64,000 nucleotides of DNA from Patescibacteria group bacterium (lineage in GTDB: Bacteria > Patescibacteriota > Patescibacteriia > Magasanikbacterales > GWA2-37-8): NCBI GenBank assembly GCA_041649475.1, contig JBAZNA010000001.1:124267-188266 (forward strand), read 5' to 3'. The position numbers and the translations under genes were made by a program. The notes under the pieces were generated by a model that worked only from the letters and a program-made list of their open reading frames with translations, did not search any database and was not told the DNA's origin. Of this stretch, positions 35,360-49,460 are shown in pieces; the first letter of the stretch is position 1, and each line of letters begins with the position of its first letter.

Positions 35360-37648
35360 CTACCCGAGCTGCCCGTAGATCAAGGTCCGCTTGACGAAGG
35401 TTTCGAGCTCAATCGGGTTCACCACCGGCGGCGCTCCTGGCCCGTTGTGGTGGAACTGCTTCGAGTAGTCGTTGATGTCCGTGAGCTCCTGCACACGCGG
35501 TTGCAGACCCACGAGGAGAGTGCCGGCGCCCGCGTTGCGGATTCTGCCGATGAAGTCGCCCAGGTAGTCCGTCGCCGGAAACGCGTCCGGGAACCGGCCC
35601 CGCAGCTGGCCCTCCAGGTACGGCCGGATCGCCCGGGCAATGGTCAGAAGGTCCCCACCAGTAGAGAGTCCCTCGTCCAGGTAGCGGCGCAGGAGGAAGA
35701 AGTCGCGGTAGGCCGCCTCCAGGCACGCCTTGAGGATGTCCCACTCCTTGATGGCGTAGGTCGCGCCGTCGCGTGTGACCTGCAGGGACTTGATCGTGGC
35801 CTTGTCGATGTTGGTGTCGTAGATGTGCTTCAGGAAGTCCGCGTCATGCGACAGGACCACCACCTGCTTGGCCTGACTGCCCAGGCGGCAAATCTCCTGC
35901 TGGGTGCAGGCTGTACGGAACACGTCGAGGCTCGAGAGCGGGTCATCGAGGACGATGACCTTCTGCGCCAGCAACGGGTCCTGCTCGAGCCGCGCCAAAA
36001 AGAATGCCAGCGCCAGGGTGCTCTTGTCGCCAGAGCTTAGGGCCGTCCGGAAGCACGGCGTGCCGCGGGGTGTCTTCTCGTCCCCTAGGTTGACGGGGGT
36101 GTTGTTGATGGAAATTTGGTAGGTGGAGCTGGCCCGGCCGCCCTGGAAGCTCGGCTTGGTACCGGTGAGGGTAAAGTTGGCGCCGAACTTCTGCAGCAGG
36201 CGGTTGATCGCCTGCTCGTACTTCTGGAGGATCGAGCCGGCGATGGTCTCCAGCTGGCTACGCGTCTTCTTCTTCTCGTCCTCGTAGTTCTTCTTCTGCT
36301 GGCGCCCGGCGGTCAGCTTGGCGCACAGGTCAGTGGCCTCGGGCTGCTGCCGGATCTGCATGTTGCGGAACCGGCGCAGCTCCCGCTCCAGCACGTCCTC
36401 GCCGGTGGCCGCGGCCTGCTTCTTGATGTCGGCGATCTGCTCGTTCGCGCGCGCGATCTGCTCGTTGACCTTGCGCACGGCGGCCGCCGCCTCCTCGAAG
36501 TCGTGGAGGGCGGCCTCCAGGTGCTCATCCTTGGACGGGGGCTCCGACGGATTGGCCAGCCGGCGCTTGAGGGCGTCGCGCAGGACCTCGCGGACGTGCC
36601 GCCAGGCATGCTCAAGCGCGTCAGTGGAACAGGTGGCGTAGCTCAGGTCGGCCAAATCTGCCCAGCCGCGGATCAGGCCGTCGTTGGCCAGCACTCGCTT
36701 CTGGACGCCGTGGAGCGCGTCGTCGCCGAGCGTCTGGTCCAGGGCGTTGATGGCTCGCTCGATGAGGACGACGTGGTCGCGGTACTTGGTCGAGAAGTAG
36801 TCGCGCAGGAGGGCGACCAGCTCGACCTTCTCGGTGGACTGGGTGCAGAACGGACAGGCGTGGTCCTCCTTCAAGTACTCGAGGCCTTGCCGCAACCACT
36901 GCTCGCCGCGACCGTCGAGGTCGTCCTGGATGTGCTGACGGACCAGCTTGTCGCCGCCCTCCGTCTTGCGCTCGACCGCGACCTGGAGGATGTCGATGGA
37001 CTTGGCCGGAACCTCAGGCACCGTGAGCGGGTCCAGCTCGCGCCGAGCGACGATCTCCCTCGACTTGCGGACTGCGCTCAGGCGAGTGGTCCGCTCGCTG
37101 ATCTTCTCCTCGAGCCCGTTCTCGGGGACGAGCGTGAGGAACTCGTCGACGCTGAACGGCGCCTGGATGATTCCCCGCAGCTTCGTCTCCAGCTCGGTTA
37201 TGTCGTGCGCCGCGGTCCGGCTCTTGGTGTCGATCTCGTCCACCTGGTGCGCGAGCGCGACCGCAGCCGCGCCCACCACGACCTCGTAGAGGTGCTTGCG
37301 GTGCTCGGACTCGACGCGGTCGCCGGTGTAGACGTTCTCGTTGATGAAGGTCGAGTCGAATATCTCCAGGTCGGGCATGGTCTGCGACCACTGGCCGCCC
37401 TGGAAGCTGGCGTTGCCCGCCGCCAGCCGGATCTCGACCGCCGGCGAGCCGTTCACGCCGAGCGTAGCGCGCTCCTGGACGTAGGCCGGGTCCCCGGTCT
37501 GCAGGGAGCGCAGGATGCCGGCGAGAGTGGTCTTCCCGTGCCCGTTGTCGCCGTAGATGAGGGTCAGCCGCTTGAACTGAACGTCTGCCTTGGCTGCCAG
37601 TTTGACGAACCGACCGACGTTCTCCACCTTGATGATTTTCTCTATCAT
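35360..37648 (-). CDS. RloC-like ABC ATPase (AAA_13) with zinc hook and HEPN-like C-terminus
   Basis: 'GDNGHGKT', 'CPFC', 'LSSGDK', 'LDDPLSSLD', 'LSHD', 'RPYLE...NDYSKQFHH'; divergent from a type I RM operon. Confidence 0.85.
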   Translation of the reverse strand: MIEKIIKVENVGRFVKLAAKADVQFKRLTLIYGDNGHGKTTLAGILRSLQTGDPAYVQERATLGVNGSPAVEIRLAAGNASFQGGQWSQTMPDLEIFDSTFINENVYTGDRVESEHRKHLYEVVVGAAAVALAHQVDEIDTKSRTAAHDITELETKLRGIIQAPFSVDEFLTLVPENGLEEKISERTTRLSAVRKSREIVARRELDPLTVPEVPAKSIDILQVAVERKTEGGDKLVRQHIQDDLDGRGEQWLRQGLEYLKEDHACPFCTQSTEKVELVALLRDYFSTKYRDHVVLIERAINALDQTLGDDALHGVQKRVLANDGLIRGWADLADLSYATCSTDALEHAWRHVREVLRDALKRRLANPSEPPSKDEHLEAALHDFEEAAAAVRKVNEQIARANEQIADIKKQAAATGEDVLERELRRFRNMQIRQQPEATDLCAKLTAGRQQKKNYEDEKKKTRSQLETIAGSILQKYEQAINRLLQKFGANFTLTGTKPSFQGGRASSTYQISINNTPVNLGDEKTPRGTPCFRTALSSGDKSTLALAFFLARLEQDPLLAQKVIVLDDPLSSLDVFRTACTQQEICRLGSQAKQVVVLSHDADFLKHIYDTNIDKATIKSLQVTRDGATYAIKEWDILKACLEAAYRDFFLLRRYLDEGLSTGGDLLTIARAIRPYLEGQLRGRFPDAFPATDYLGDFIGRIRNAGAGTLLVGLQPRVQELTDINDYSKQFHHNGPGAPPVVNPIELETFVKRTLIYGQLG

Positions 37649-37719
37649 ATTAGTATTCTCAATATGTTAGCCTGCGGGCCTGGGTTCTTTGCTTAGCTCT
37701 GGGATTTCTTGCCAGGCCC

Positions 37720-37748
37720 TTGACGTTATCTTTGCTATAACATAAACT
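37720..37748 (+). promoter_or_regulatory. Sigma70-like promoter for hsdM with embedded palindrome
   Basis: TTGACG-N17-TAAACT ending 8 nt before the ATG; GTTAT-N7-ATAAC lies between the boxes. Confidence 0.6.
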
Positions 37749-37756
37749 ACAATCAT

Positions 37757-39568
37757 ATGTCAACCACAACCTCATCATTCGGCGATCGCGTCCAGCTCCT
37801 GCGCAAGCGCCTGAACCTCAGCCAGGAGCAGCTCGGGACGCGGCTGGACGTCTCCTTCGCAACCATCAGCCGCTGGGAGTCGGGCAAGTCGCAACCGCAG
37901 AAAGCCCAGCTCGCGACCTTCGACCGTCTCTGGGAGGAGACCGGCCTAGACCACGACGAAGCCGCTACGACCGCGACAACAGGCCAGCGTCGCCGTCGCG
38001 GCGTTCATCGCAGCTCCGTGCTCAGCAACAAAAGCATGGAGCAGATGCTGTGGGACGCCGCCTGCTCGATCCGAGGCGAGAAAGACGCCCCCAAGTTCAA
38101 GGATTACCTTCTGCCGCTTCTTTTCATCAAGCGGCTATCCGATGTCTTCGACGACGAGGTCGAGCGCCTGACACAGACCTACGGCGACCGCGACACGGCC
38201 CTCACCGTGCTGGAAGCCGATCACGAGCTCGTCCGCTTCTACCTCCCGCCCGAGGCGCGCTGGGCCGTCGTCAGCGGACGCGAGCCCTTCGACTGGCCTG
38301 CCACCCTCCGGCCGAAATCACTCGGCGAGCAACTCACCACCACCATCCGCGCCGTCGTGAAGCACAACCCCGAACTCGCCGGCGTCATCGACATCGTCGA
38401 CTACAACGAGACGCGCAACGGAGAGCGCGAGATCAGCGACGCCGCTCTTAAGGGCGTCGTTGAGACGTTCTCCGATCCCCGCTACCGCCTCGGCCTCCAC
38501 AACGTCGAGCCCGACTTCCTCGGCCGCTGCTACGAGTACCTCCTCCGGAAGTTCGCCGAGGGCCAAGGCCAGAGCGCGGGCGAATTCTTCACGCCGCGTG
38601 AGGTTGGTTTTCTCATGGCGGAGATCATGCGGCCCCGCCCGGGCGAGGAGTGCTACGACTATGCCTGCGGCTCATTCGGCTTGCTCATTAAGCTCCAGCT
38701 CGTTTGCCGTCGTCTGAACCCCCTCAGCAAGGTGCCACTACAGCTCTACGGCCAGGAGCTCACCGGCTCCAGCTTCGCCATCGCCTGCATGAACCGCATC
38801 ATCCACGACATGGAGGGCCAGGTCCTCCGTGGCGACTCGATGCGCAACCCGAAGTTCAGGGATGCTGACGGTCACCTCAAGAAGTTCGACGTCGTGGTCT
38901 CAAATCCAATGTGGAACCAGCCGTTCGACCCCGAGGTGTACGAGAACGATCAGTTTGGCCGCTTCGTTGAGCACGGAGGCATCACCACCAGCAAGGCCGA
39001 CTGGGCCTGGCTCCAGCACACGGTTACGTCATTGAAGGACAACGGACGCGCCGCTGTGGTCCTCGATACCGGCGCAGTCACACGCGGCAGCGGCAGCAAG
39101 AACGAGGACAAGGAACGCAACATCCGCAAGTGGTTCGTCGAGCACGACCTGATTGACGGTGTGATCCTCCTCCCTGACAACCTCTTCTACAACACCATGG
39201 CCGCCGGGGTGATCCTTATCCTTTCCAAACGGAAGCCCAAAGAGCGACGTGGAAAGATCGTCCTTGTCAACGCTAGCAACGAGTTCACCAAGGGCACACC
39301 GAAGAACTACCTCACCGACGAGGCCGTTCAGAAGATCGGGGCTGCGTTCGTGGCAGGGAAGCCCGTTGAGGGCTTCGTGGCAGTCATTACCAACGAGGAA
39401 GCGCTGGCAGACGACTACAACCTATCGCCGTCGCGTTTTGTGCAATTCAACGGCACACGTGGCACAAATCGACCCTTGCCAGAGATTGTGGCCGACCTAG
39501 ACGCCATCGATGCCGAGCGAACGCGAATCGACAAGGAACTGCGGCGGGTTCTGGAGCAGCTACTATGA
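37757..39568 (+). CDS. hsdM: Type I RM methyltransferase subunit with N-terminal XRE HTH
   Basis: HTH '[19 protein letters not shown]'; '[10 protein letters not shown]', 'GEFFTP', 'DYACGS', 'SNPMW'. Confidence 0.93.
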   Translation: MSTTTSSFGDRVQLLRKRLNLSQEQLGTRLDVSFATISRWESGKSQPQKAQLATFDRLWEETGLDHDEAATTATTGQRRRRGVHRSSVLSNKSMEQMLWDAACSIRGEKDAPKFKDYLLPLLFIKRLSDVFDDEVERLTQTYGDRDTALTVLEADHELVRFYLPPEARWAVVSGREPFDWPATLRPKSLGEQLTTTIRAVVKHNPELAGVIDIVDYNETRNGEREISDAALKGVVETFSDPRYRLGLHNVEPDFLGRCYEYLLRKFAEGQGQSAGEFFTPREVGFLMAEIMRPRPGEECYDYACGSFGLLIKLQLVCRRLNPLSKVPLQLYGQELTGSSFAIACMNRIIHDMEGQVLRGDSMRNPKFRDADGHLKKFDVVVSNPMWNQPFDPEVYENDQFGRFVEHGGITTSKADWAWLQHTVTSLKDNGRAAVVLDTGAVTRGSGSKNEDKERNIRKWFVEHDLIDGVILLPDNLFYNTMAAGVILILSKRKPKERRGKIVLVNASNEFTKGTPKNYLTDEAVQKIGAAFVAGKPVEGFVAVITNEEALADDYNLSPSRFVQFNGTRGTNRPLPEIVADLDAIDAERTRIDKELRRVLEQLL

Positions 39569-40857
39569 CCAACGCTGCTCCCAAGGGATGGACAGAAGTA
39601 CCACTCGGAGAGATCGCCACCTGCCAGGGTGGATCAGCATTCTCTCCCGCGTTGCAGGGGCGCACTGCCGGTGACATTCCCTTCTTCAAAGTGTCCGACA
39701 TGAACCTGCCAGGAAACGGTTGGTTCATGCGTCGGGCAAACAACTACGTAAGCCTCTCCGACACGTCCCGTATCCTCGGGGCAGAGAAGCCATCTGGCTC
39801 TGTCATATTTCCCAAAGTAGGCGCTGCCGTGCATACGAATAAGAAGCGCCAGCTCACACAGGATTCCTTCGTAGACAACAACGTCATGGCCGTATGGTCA
39901 AAGGACCCCGAGCGCTGTCGTCCAGGATTCCTTTACTTGTATTTTCTAACGGTTGATCTCTCGACGATGTCCAACCCCGGACCCCTGCCGTCAATAAACA
40001 ACAGCAAGGTCTATGAGCAGACTATCCGTCTCCCTACGTCACTTGAGCAGGACCGCATCTGCGCCACGATGCTCACCATTAGACGCGCGATCGAGGCCGA
40101 GGAGAAGGCGATCACACTTATCCGCGAAGTGAAACAGGCCGCGCTGCTGCGCCTCTTCAGTCAGGGACTGCGCGGTGAGTCACTGCGTGACACCGAGATC
40201 GGTCTTGTGCCAGCCAGCTGGGATATTCAGCCCTTCGCCGAGCTTCGCGAGTTCTTGCAGTACGGGACCTCCGTGAAGTGCGACTATGCGCTAGAAGGGA
40301 ATCCTGTCCTGCGCATCCCGAACGTGGTTGACGGTCGAGTTGATTACCGTGACCTGAAGAGATGTCGCCTCGACAGCGATACGGTCGCCTCTCTGTTGCT
40401 CGAACCAGGCGACATTCTGTTCATTCGGACGAACGGAGTGCGCGAACGGGTGGGCACCTGCGCAGTCTACGACGGCGTTCCGGAACAGGCGCTATTCGCC
40501 TCCTACCTCATTCGGGCCCGACCTAAGCGCGGTGTTCTCAACCCCCAATACCTCCAGTACTTCACGGCAACACGCACAGGCGCATCCCAGCTCGCCGGAC
40601 GATCCTCACCGGCTGCAGACGGCAAGTTCAATATCAACACGAAGTCCATCGATGCCGTGCTAGTCCCGATCCCGTCGGAGGCCGAGCAGAACGACATCGT
40701 CGGCGTGCTCGAGACGATCGATGCTGCCGCAACCTCCTATGAACGCCGGCGAGCGACCCTCTCGGAGCTATTTGCCACGCTTCTCGAGAAGCTCATGACC
40801 GCCGACCTTCGCGTGGACCACCTCAACATCGACACTTCGCTAATGACGGCAGCCTAA
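39565..40857 (+). CDS. hsdS: Type I RM specificity subunit
   Basis: Two TRDs with conserved 'P..W...LGE', 'LP..LEQ..I', 'TEIGLVP..W', 'P...EQ..IV' segments. Confidence 0.92.
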   Translation: MTNAAPKGWTEVPLGEIATCQGGSAFSPALQGRTAGDIPFFKVSDMNLPGNGWFMRRANNYVSLSDTSRILGAEKPSGSVIFPKVGAAVHTNKKRQLTQDSFVDNNVMAVWSKDPERCRPGFLYLYFLTVDLSTMSNPGPLPSINNSKVYEQTIRLPTSLEQDRICATMLTIRRAIEAEEKAITLIREVKQAALLRLFSQGLRGESLRDTEIGLVPASWDIQPFAELREFLQYGTSVKCDYALEGNPVLRIPNVVDGRVDYRDLKRCRLDSDTVASLLLEPGDILFIRTNGVRERVGTCAVYDGVPEQALFASYLIRARPKRGVLNPQYLQYFTATRTGASQLAGRSSPAADGKFNINTKSIDAVLVPIPSEAEQNDIVGVLETIDAAATSYERRRATLSELFATLLEKLMTADLRVDHLNIDTSLMTAA

Positions 40858-40859
40858 CT

Positions 40860-43772
<2,913 letters not shown>

Positions 43773-43777
43773 CACGT

Positions 43778-44116
43778 ATGCGCACTCCCGTGACAACCGA
43801 AGTGAAGATTGAGTTCAAGGCCAGGGTTCGTGCCTGGGCCGTTCGCATTCGAGTTGAGCCAAAGCAGGTCCGTGTCCAGGCCATGAGGCGCAAGTGGGCA
43901 TCATGCTCGAAGCGCGGATGGTGTACGTTCGCGCACGACCTGCTCCACGAGTCACGTCCCTTCCAGGACCACGTTATCGTCCACGAACTACTCCATCTGC
44001 GATACCGCAATCACGGGAAGCTCTACCGGGCCGCCCTTCGTTCTTATCTCTCGCCGGCCAAAGCAATGCACCTCGACGTTGTCGGGGACCGCTGCCTTGT
44101 CCGCCGGGAGTCGTGA
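43778..44116 (+). CDS. Short YgjP/DUF45-like metal-dependent hydrolase
   Basis: 'MRRKWASCS', 'VIVHELLHL...NHG'; usual position after hsdR. Confidence 0.82.
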   Translation: MRTPVTTEVKIEFKARVRAWAVRIRVEPKQVRVQAMRRKWASCSKRGWCTFAHDLLHESRPFQDHVIVHELLHLRYRNHGKLYRAALRSYLSPAKAMHLDVVGDRCLVRRES

Positions 44117-44125
44117 GGCCTTCCT

Positions 44126-45346
44126 ATGAAAGAGTACCTCTTCTGTTCCCGAAACCTGTCCGACGTGATGGAGGACAGGCTCCAGAAGATGAAGCGCGAA
44201 CTGGAAGACTACGCGCCTGATCGGCTCCTCAACACCTCGACTGAGGATCTCGTGGAGTACTGTGGTAATGAGTACGGGATGGAGCCCGTGGTTTTGCACG
44301 AGGAACAAACCGAATGCGATCAGCATGAGCATCAATTGGACGTGAGCCAAGACCCTAACAGGTTCATTTTCGATTCGAGCCGTCCCTTCTATGTGCCGTC
44401 CTACCTTTTCGAATTCTTCGTGCCGTTCAGCGGTGATCCCGAGGTCCTCGAATCGCGGACGATGAGCTACGATATGAACCCGCCACGCGCCGAGATTCGT
44501 GAAGGCCAGCTGAGGTTCGCGGCTATCCTCGAGAAGCCAGACGGCGAGGCTGCCCGTGAGCAGTTCCACAATGAACTAAAGAAAGTGCGAACCTACCTGT
44601 CGCGTGGTGAGGCGACCATCAGCGATTACAACAAGCGGGTGAGGACGACATCTCAGGCGCAGATTGAGGCACGCAAGCAGCGGCTGCTGGCGGGAAGAAA
44701 CGTAGCCGCGTCCCTCGGATACCCCATGCGGGTCCGAGCCGATGCTCCCCTCACGTACGCTGCCCCTGCCATTAGAAGGAAGATGGTTGCTCCACCGCGG
44801 GCTAGTTCGGGAGCGTTCTCTCCTGAACCCGTGATGCTAATTGAAGACTACGAGCATATCCTGGGCATCATCGAGACTATGGTGCTTATGTTCGAGCGCA
44901 GTCCGGCGACCTTCAAGAACATGAAGGAGGAGGATCTGCGAAATCACATCCTGGTGCAGCTCAACGGCCACTATGAGGGCGCGGCGACTGGTGAGACGTT
45001 TAATGGTGGCGGGAAGACGGACATCCTCGTCCGAGTCGATAACAGGAATGTCTTCATCGGCGAGTGTAAGTTCTGGGCGGGACCGGTCACGCTCGCTGAG
45101 ACTATTGACCAGGTTTTCGGGTATGCGTCCTGGAGAGACACCAAGATCGCGATCATCTTGTTCAACCGCAACAAGGACACGTCGGCAGTGCTGGCGAAGA
45201 TCCCCGACGCACTCAGAAGCCACGCGAATTTCAAACGGCTCGAGAAGAGCGCCGCAGAGACGCGCTTCCGAGCGGTCTTGCATCAGCCGGGAGACGTAAA
45301 TCGCGAGGTAAGCTTGACCGTGCTGGTGTTCGATGTGCCTGCTTGA
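44126..45346 (+). CDS. Conserved protein with C-terminal PD-(D/E)XK nuclease-like domain
   Basis: 'EEDLRNHIL', 'GKTDIL', 'FIGECKFW'. Confidence 0.72.
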   Translation: MKEYLFCSRNLSDVMEDRLQKMKRELEDYAPDRLLNTSTEDLVEYCGNEYGMEPVVLHEEQTECDQHEHQLDVSQDPNRFIFDSSRPFYVPSYLFEFFVPFSGDPEVLESRTMSYDMNPPRAEIREGQLRFAAILEKPDGEAAREQFHNELKKVRTYLSRGEATISDYNKRVRTTSQAQIEARKQRLLAGRNVAASLGYPMRVRADAPLTYAAPAIRRKMVAPPRASSGAFSPEPVMLIEDYEHILGIIETMVLMFERSPATFKNMKEEDLRNHILVQLNGHYEGAATGETFNGGGKTDILVRVDNRNVFIGECKFWAGPVTLAETIDQVFGYASWRDTKIAIILFNRNKDTSAVLAKIPDALRSHANFKRLEKSAAETRFRAVLHQPGDVNREVSLTVLVFDVPA

Positions 45347-45941
45347 GGCTGAGCGATTGCGATGGGCAACGAGAGTAGCAGGGTTCTAAGGCAGTCCCGA
45401 CATGCCCGCATCGTGAGACACGCACAACACAAGCACTCGTCGGAGCGCAACACCAAGATCACCCCGGCACAGGGTGATCTTTCGTTTGCTCGAGCGCGAT
45501 GTTCCGAGGATACCGGCGAGCGCCACCGCAAAGTGTCGCCCTCCGGGCCCCCAGGGTGGACGGGACTCGAACCTGCCGACCAATCGACAAAAACACGTGT
45601 AGTGGCCGCGCCTTAGCTCCAAATTCGAGTCTCGCGCCCCTGTCTTTCCTGTCCAGCAGTTACACGCAGTTGCGACCAAGTGCGGCGGAGCTTGGGCAGC
45701 AGTTGGGCAGTGCTCTTTCCGCTGGGCGGCAGGTTGTTACGTCAGCCTGCGCCTTTCCCAATGGGGACTTGCGTCGGGAGCCGCCGTTCCCCGATAGCGC
45801 CCAGCCTTCATCCTGGCGGCCCAGGGATTCGCACACTCCCCTTGCAGTGGCGCCGCGAGATGCGTATCTTGGTGGAGTCAGGATTGGAGTCAGGATCCCG
45901 TTCCGCTACCGGCTGGCGCTCTGCGCCCAACGGAGGTCCTG

Positions 45942-46814
45942 ATGGCCAGCACACGTATAGTACTGTTCGATCAGATCACGCTCGACTTCGCAGTGGCACG
46001 TGATGGCGACGGCGGGTACGCAGTCCGTCGACTTCTCGCCCTCTTTCCCGATCGACGCTGCCATCCGCATCTCAGCCTGTTCGCGGCCCCTCGTTTCGAT
46101 CTGCACTTCACAGCCGCTGGTGGGGGGCGCGCGTTTCGACGTCGGTTGTTGGACTTGCCACTCCAGAACGTGGCCGAAGGCGCAGGTCGTCTCGCGGCTG
46201 AGACCGGCCGCAGGTTCGTGACCGCACTTGAGCCGGTCGACCTCGATGAGATTGAAGCGTGCGGCTGGATGGCGCACGCCGCTGATTCCCGCGTCCTACT
46301 GCGCTGGGCGCGGCGCGCCGCCCGGAGTCAGGAGGTCCACGTCAACATCGAGAGCGTCGTGGCTCTGACATCTCATGTTCTCGAAAATGCCGCTCGTCCC
46401 AGTGCGCTCAAATCACTCGCCGATGGCAATGGGCGTCGGTTCCTTGCGGCGCGCCATAGGTCCGACGCTGACCGGGACCTTCGACAGCTCCTGTGGTACC
46501 CGGATGGCTACTGGACGCAGAGCGAGCCGGATGGAAAGGCCCACATGTCGCGTCCGCCTGGATGGTACTGGTACAATTTCGGCTCGACTGACCAAGCCGG
46601 ACTGCAAGATCTACTGCCTGTAGAACTGCTCAAGCGCAAAGCTGCTGAGATTGGGAAGTACCTGCGACGCTTTCCCCGAAGGGGGACTAGCATCCCATCG
46701 GTTCCCCTGGACCAGATTCCACGCTTCGTCTCAACGATTGCCGGGTTCTATGCCGGCGACCTTCTCACTGCGCTACTGATCGCTCGCGAGGAGAACTCCT
46801 ACCCAACCCAATGA
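45942..46814 (+). CDS. Hypothetical protein
   Basis: GGAGG RBS; long ORF; no motif recognised. Confidence 0.55.
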   Translation: MASTRIVLFDQITLDFAVARDGDGGYAVRRLLALFPDRRCHPHLSLFAAPRFDLHFTAAGGGRAFRRRLLDLPLQNVAEGAGRLAAETGRRFVTALEPVDLDEIEACGWMAHAADSRVLLRWARRAARSQEVHVNIESVVALTSHVLENAARPSALKSLADGNGRRFLAARHRSDADRDLRQLLWYPDGYWTQSEPDGKAHMSRPPGWYWYNFGSTDQAGLQDLLPVELLKRKAAEIGKYLRRFPRRGTSIPSVPLDQIPRFVSTIAGFYAGDLLTALLIAREENSYPTQ

Positions 46815-46862
46815 TCCGGCGAACTGGCGATTCCATCCCCACAGCGGCCTCGGAGGATCTGG

Positions 46863-47786
46863 ATGAGCACGACCAGCAAGCAACGGCGAGATCAGAAAAA
46901 GAAACGAGCCGCAAAGCGAAGCAATCGGCGTCGAGCCGAGGCGAGCGCCGCCCGGTCAGCGCGTCACACTACTGCGACCCTGTTCTCCGAACGGAAGAGA
47001 TACGTGGACCGATGGCGAGCCACCTCCGACCATCTGTTGGCCGGAGGCCATTATGCATGGATGGCGAGCTTCGTGCGGGGTTTCCCGCGCGTCCTGGAGA
47101 TCGGTACGGGTGTTGGCAATGGGACGATTGTGCTGCTTCGAGACGGCCATGCCGTCGTCTCGATTGATGAGAATCCGGATTGTCTCGCTGCCGCTATGGG
47201 GCGTATCCAACACGCAGGGTTCCCATGTGTTTGTTTGACCCGAGGAACGGTGCACCAGGAGATCCACGGGCATCGGATTGAATATGATGAAGTCGATACC
47301 GCGCCGGCCTCCGAGGGCGCGACCCTGATCGAAGCTGATCTCGTGAACGATCCACGCTGGGTATCGTGGGTCAAGGCACTACTCCCCTTTGACGCTGTCG
47401 TCTGTTGGCTGGCCGGGAGCCACAGAGCACGACCGCTCAACGTCGCCTTGACAGGGATCGGGAGTCCGCAGGAATTGCGTCTGTCCGTACAGAACCGCGC
47501 GTACACACTAGCAGACGAAGTTCTGCGCCCAGGTGGAGTGCTCCATGTGGTTGATCGCCGTGAGCCAATGGCAAACCATGAGCTTCTTCGATCGGACGCG
47601 CTTCGAGCTCATCGAGAGCAGGCTTCACCGACGAATCTTGTGATTGCGGATGATGCTATCGAGGAAAGACTGTATGAGGAACCGCGCGACGGCGGCGTGG
47701 AGATGATCGTATCTGCAGGCATATCAGGTCGCATGCCAGACATGACCCAGCTAGCGTTGACCTCGATAATCAGCAGAAGGATGTAG
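46863..47786 (+). CDS. Class I SAM-dependent methyltransferase-like protein
   Basis: 'VLEIGTGVG', 'VSIDEN', 'FDAVVCW', 'LRPGG'. Confidence 0.78.
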   Translation: MSTTSKQRRDQKKKRAAKRSNRRRAEASAARSARHTTATLFSERKRYVDRWRATSDHLLAGGHYAWMASFVRGFPRVLEIGTGVGNGTIVLLRDGHAVVSIDENPDCLAAAMGRIQHAGFPCVCLTRGTVHQEIHGHRIEYDEVDTAPASEGATLIEADLVNDPRWVSWVKALLPFDAVVCWLAGSHRARPLNVALTGIGSPQELRLSVQNRAYTLADEVLRPGGVLHVVDRREPMANHELLRSDALRAHREQASPTNLVIADDAIEERLYEEPRDGGVEMIVSAGISGRMPDMTQLALTSIISRRM

Positions 47787-48509
47787 CCTGGCTCGACCTG
47801 GCCTGGCATGGCCGCAGCGGGCCTGGTCGCGCTGACGATGCGGTCCCGGTCGACATCGAGTTGGCGGGATGATACTTGCTGCGGTCGCCCTGAGCGGCTG
47901 CGGCCCACTGCGCGGTGCCCTCGGCGCACAGGAGTTCCCGCTCATGCTCGACCGCGACGCGGACGTACGTCTTGACACGCGGTCTTGTCGGCCACGACCA
48001 GCGCATCGAGCCGGGCGGCGATCAGTGGCGAGTACGGTCTGGGACGCGGGCTAGTCAGCGCGTACGTACCTGCGCCGACAGCGCGACCGACGGCGTCGAC
48101 CCGTTCCAGCCTCGCGCTGTGTGGAAGCTTGCCCAAAACCACCCGCTAGTGTAAATGAGTGTCTCCATGCGCAGGTTCTACCCGCTCAACAGACCAGCCC
48201 CGCAGCATCCGGCTCTCGCTGTGCCGTCCGGCGCTGCATGGTCACGTGCGATACGGTCGAGGCTCTGCCGCTGATCGCGCCCGAGGAGAAGCATGATCCT
48301 CCCGCCAGAACCCCGAGTGGGTGATTTGTCTCATCGGTTGAGACCGCTTTCTCATGCGAAAAGCTGGGTCACGAGCTGATCTTCGAGCCTGCTTTCTCGG
48401 CGAAGGGAGTCTTGCGAAGGAATCAATCATGCGGGTCGTGCACGTTCTAGTCCGCGTTGTGCGCCGCCATATCGAGGTTTCAGCAGACCCTGCGGAGCAA
48501 TTCTAGGCA

Positions 48510-49460
48510 ATGGCTCGGCACCCCTCTACGTCGGCAATGGCAAGCCGCCCAGCTCCACAGGAGCCCGTGCGACTCCTCTCCGTTCCAACCGTTTCAGAGC
48601 CAGCGGTTCAGCATTCTCCTCCCGTCCACGGATTGCATTCCTGGGAGGGCCACACCTCCGCGGGCATCCGCTGGCGGGTACACAGAGGAGATGCGCGACA
48701 AGTCATGGCGACCATACCAGAAAAAAGCTTCAACTGCGTCGTCACTTCTCCGCCCTACTACTGGCAACGCGACTACAACGTTCCAGGCCAGCTTGGGCTG
48801 GAACCGACCCCTGACGCGTACGTTGCCGCGATTGCGGACGCCATGGACGAGGTCCGTCGCCTCCTTCGCAAGGATGGCCTTCTCTTCCTCAACCTTGGCG
48901 ACACGTACTACTCCAAGAAAGGCAAGCCGAAAGGACGCGACAAGAAGAATTGGGCTCGCCGCTTTGGTCGTCTCAGAGCAGTCGACACGAGCGGGTTGGG
49001 CTTACCCAGAAAAACAGCCATTGGCATTCCGTGGCAGGTCGCGCTATGCATGATTTCTCGGGGGTGGACACTCCGCTCTCCAATTATCTGGAAGCGCGAG
49101 CACGCTCAACCAGAACCCACTGCGCGCGACCGTCCCTGGCGGTCATATGAGATGATGTTCATGTTTAGCAGGAATCCCGTATACTACTTCTCTCGCGCTG
49201 CTCTTCAGGGCGAAGAGGATATCTGGACTGTACACTCGCAATCAAAGCATACGGACAAGCTCCGTTCGGCCTATTTTCCCGAACAGCTCGTACGAAGGTG
49301 TCTCGAGATAGGGTGTCCCCCCCATGGTGAGGTGCTAGACCCTTTCGCAGGGAGCGGCACAGTGCTCCGTGCAGCGGTCGCAGCCGGTCGGCCAGCGACT
49401 GGGATCGACCTCAGTGATTCCTACTGCAAATTCATGGCGGGCGATCTGAAAAAACTGTGA
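48510..49460 (+). CDS. N4C/N6A DNA methyltransferase (beta class)
   Basis: 'VTSPPY' precedes 'VLDPFAGSGT'; 'IIWK', 'AYFPEQL'. Confidence 0.9.
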   Translation: MARHPSTSAMASRPAPQEPVRLLSVPTVSEPAVQHSPPVHGLHSWEGHTSAGIRWRVHRGDARQVMATIPEKSFNCVVTSPPYYWQRDYNVPGQLGLEPTPDAYVAAIADAMDEVRRLLRKDGLLFLNLGDTYYSKKGKPKGRDKKNWARRFGRLRAVDTSGLGLPRKTAIGIPWQVALCMISRGWTLRSPIIWKREHAQPEPTARDRPWRSYEMMFMFSRNPVYYFSRAALQGEEDIWTVHSQSKHTDKLRSAYFPEQLVRRCLEIGCPPHGEVLDPFAGSGTVLRAAVAAGRPATGIDLSDSYCKFMAGDLKKL

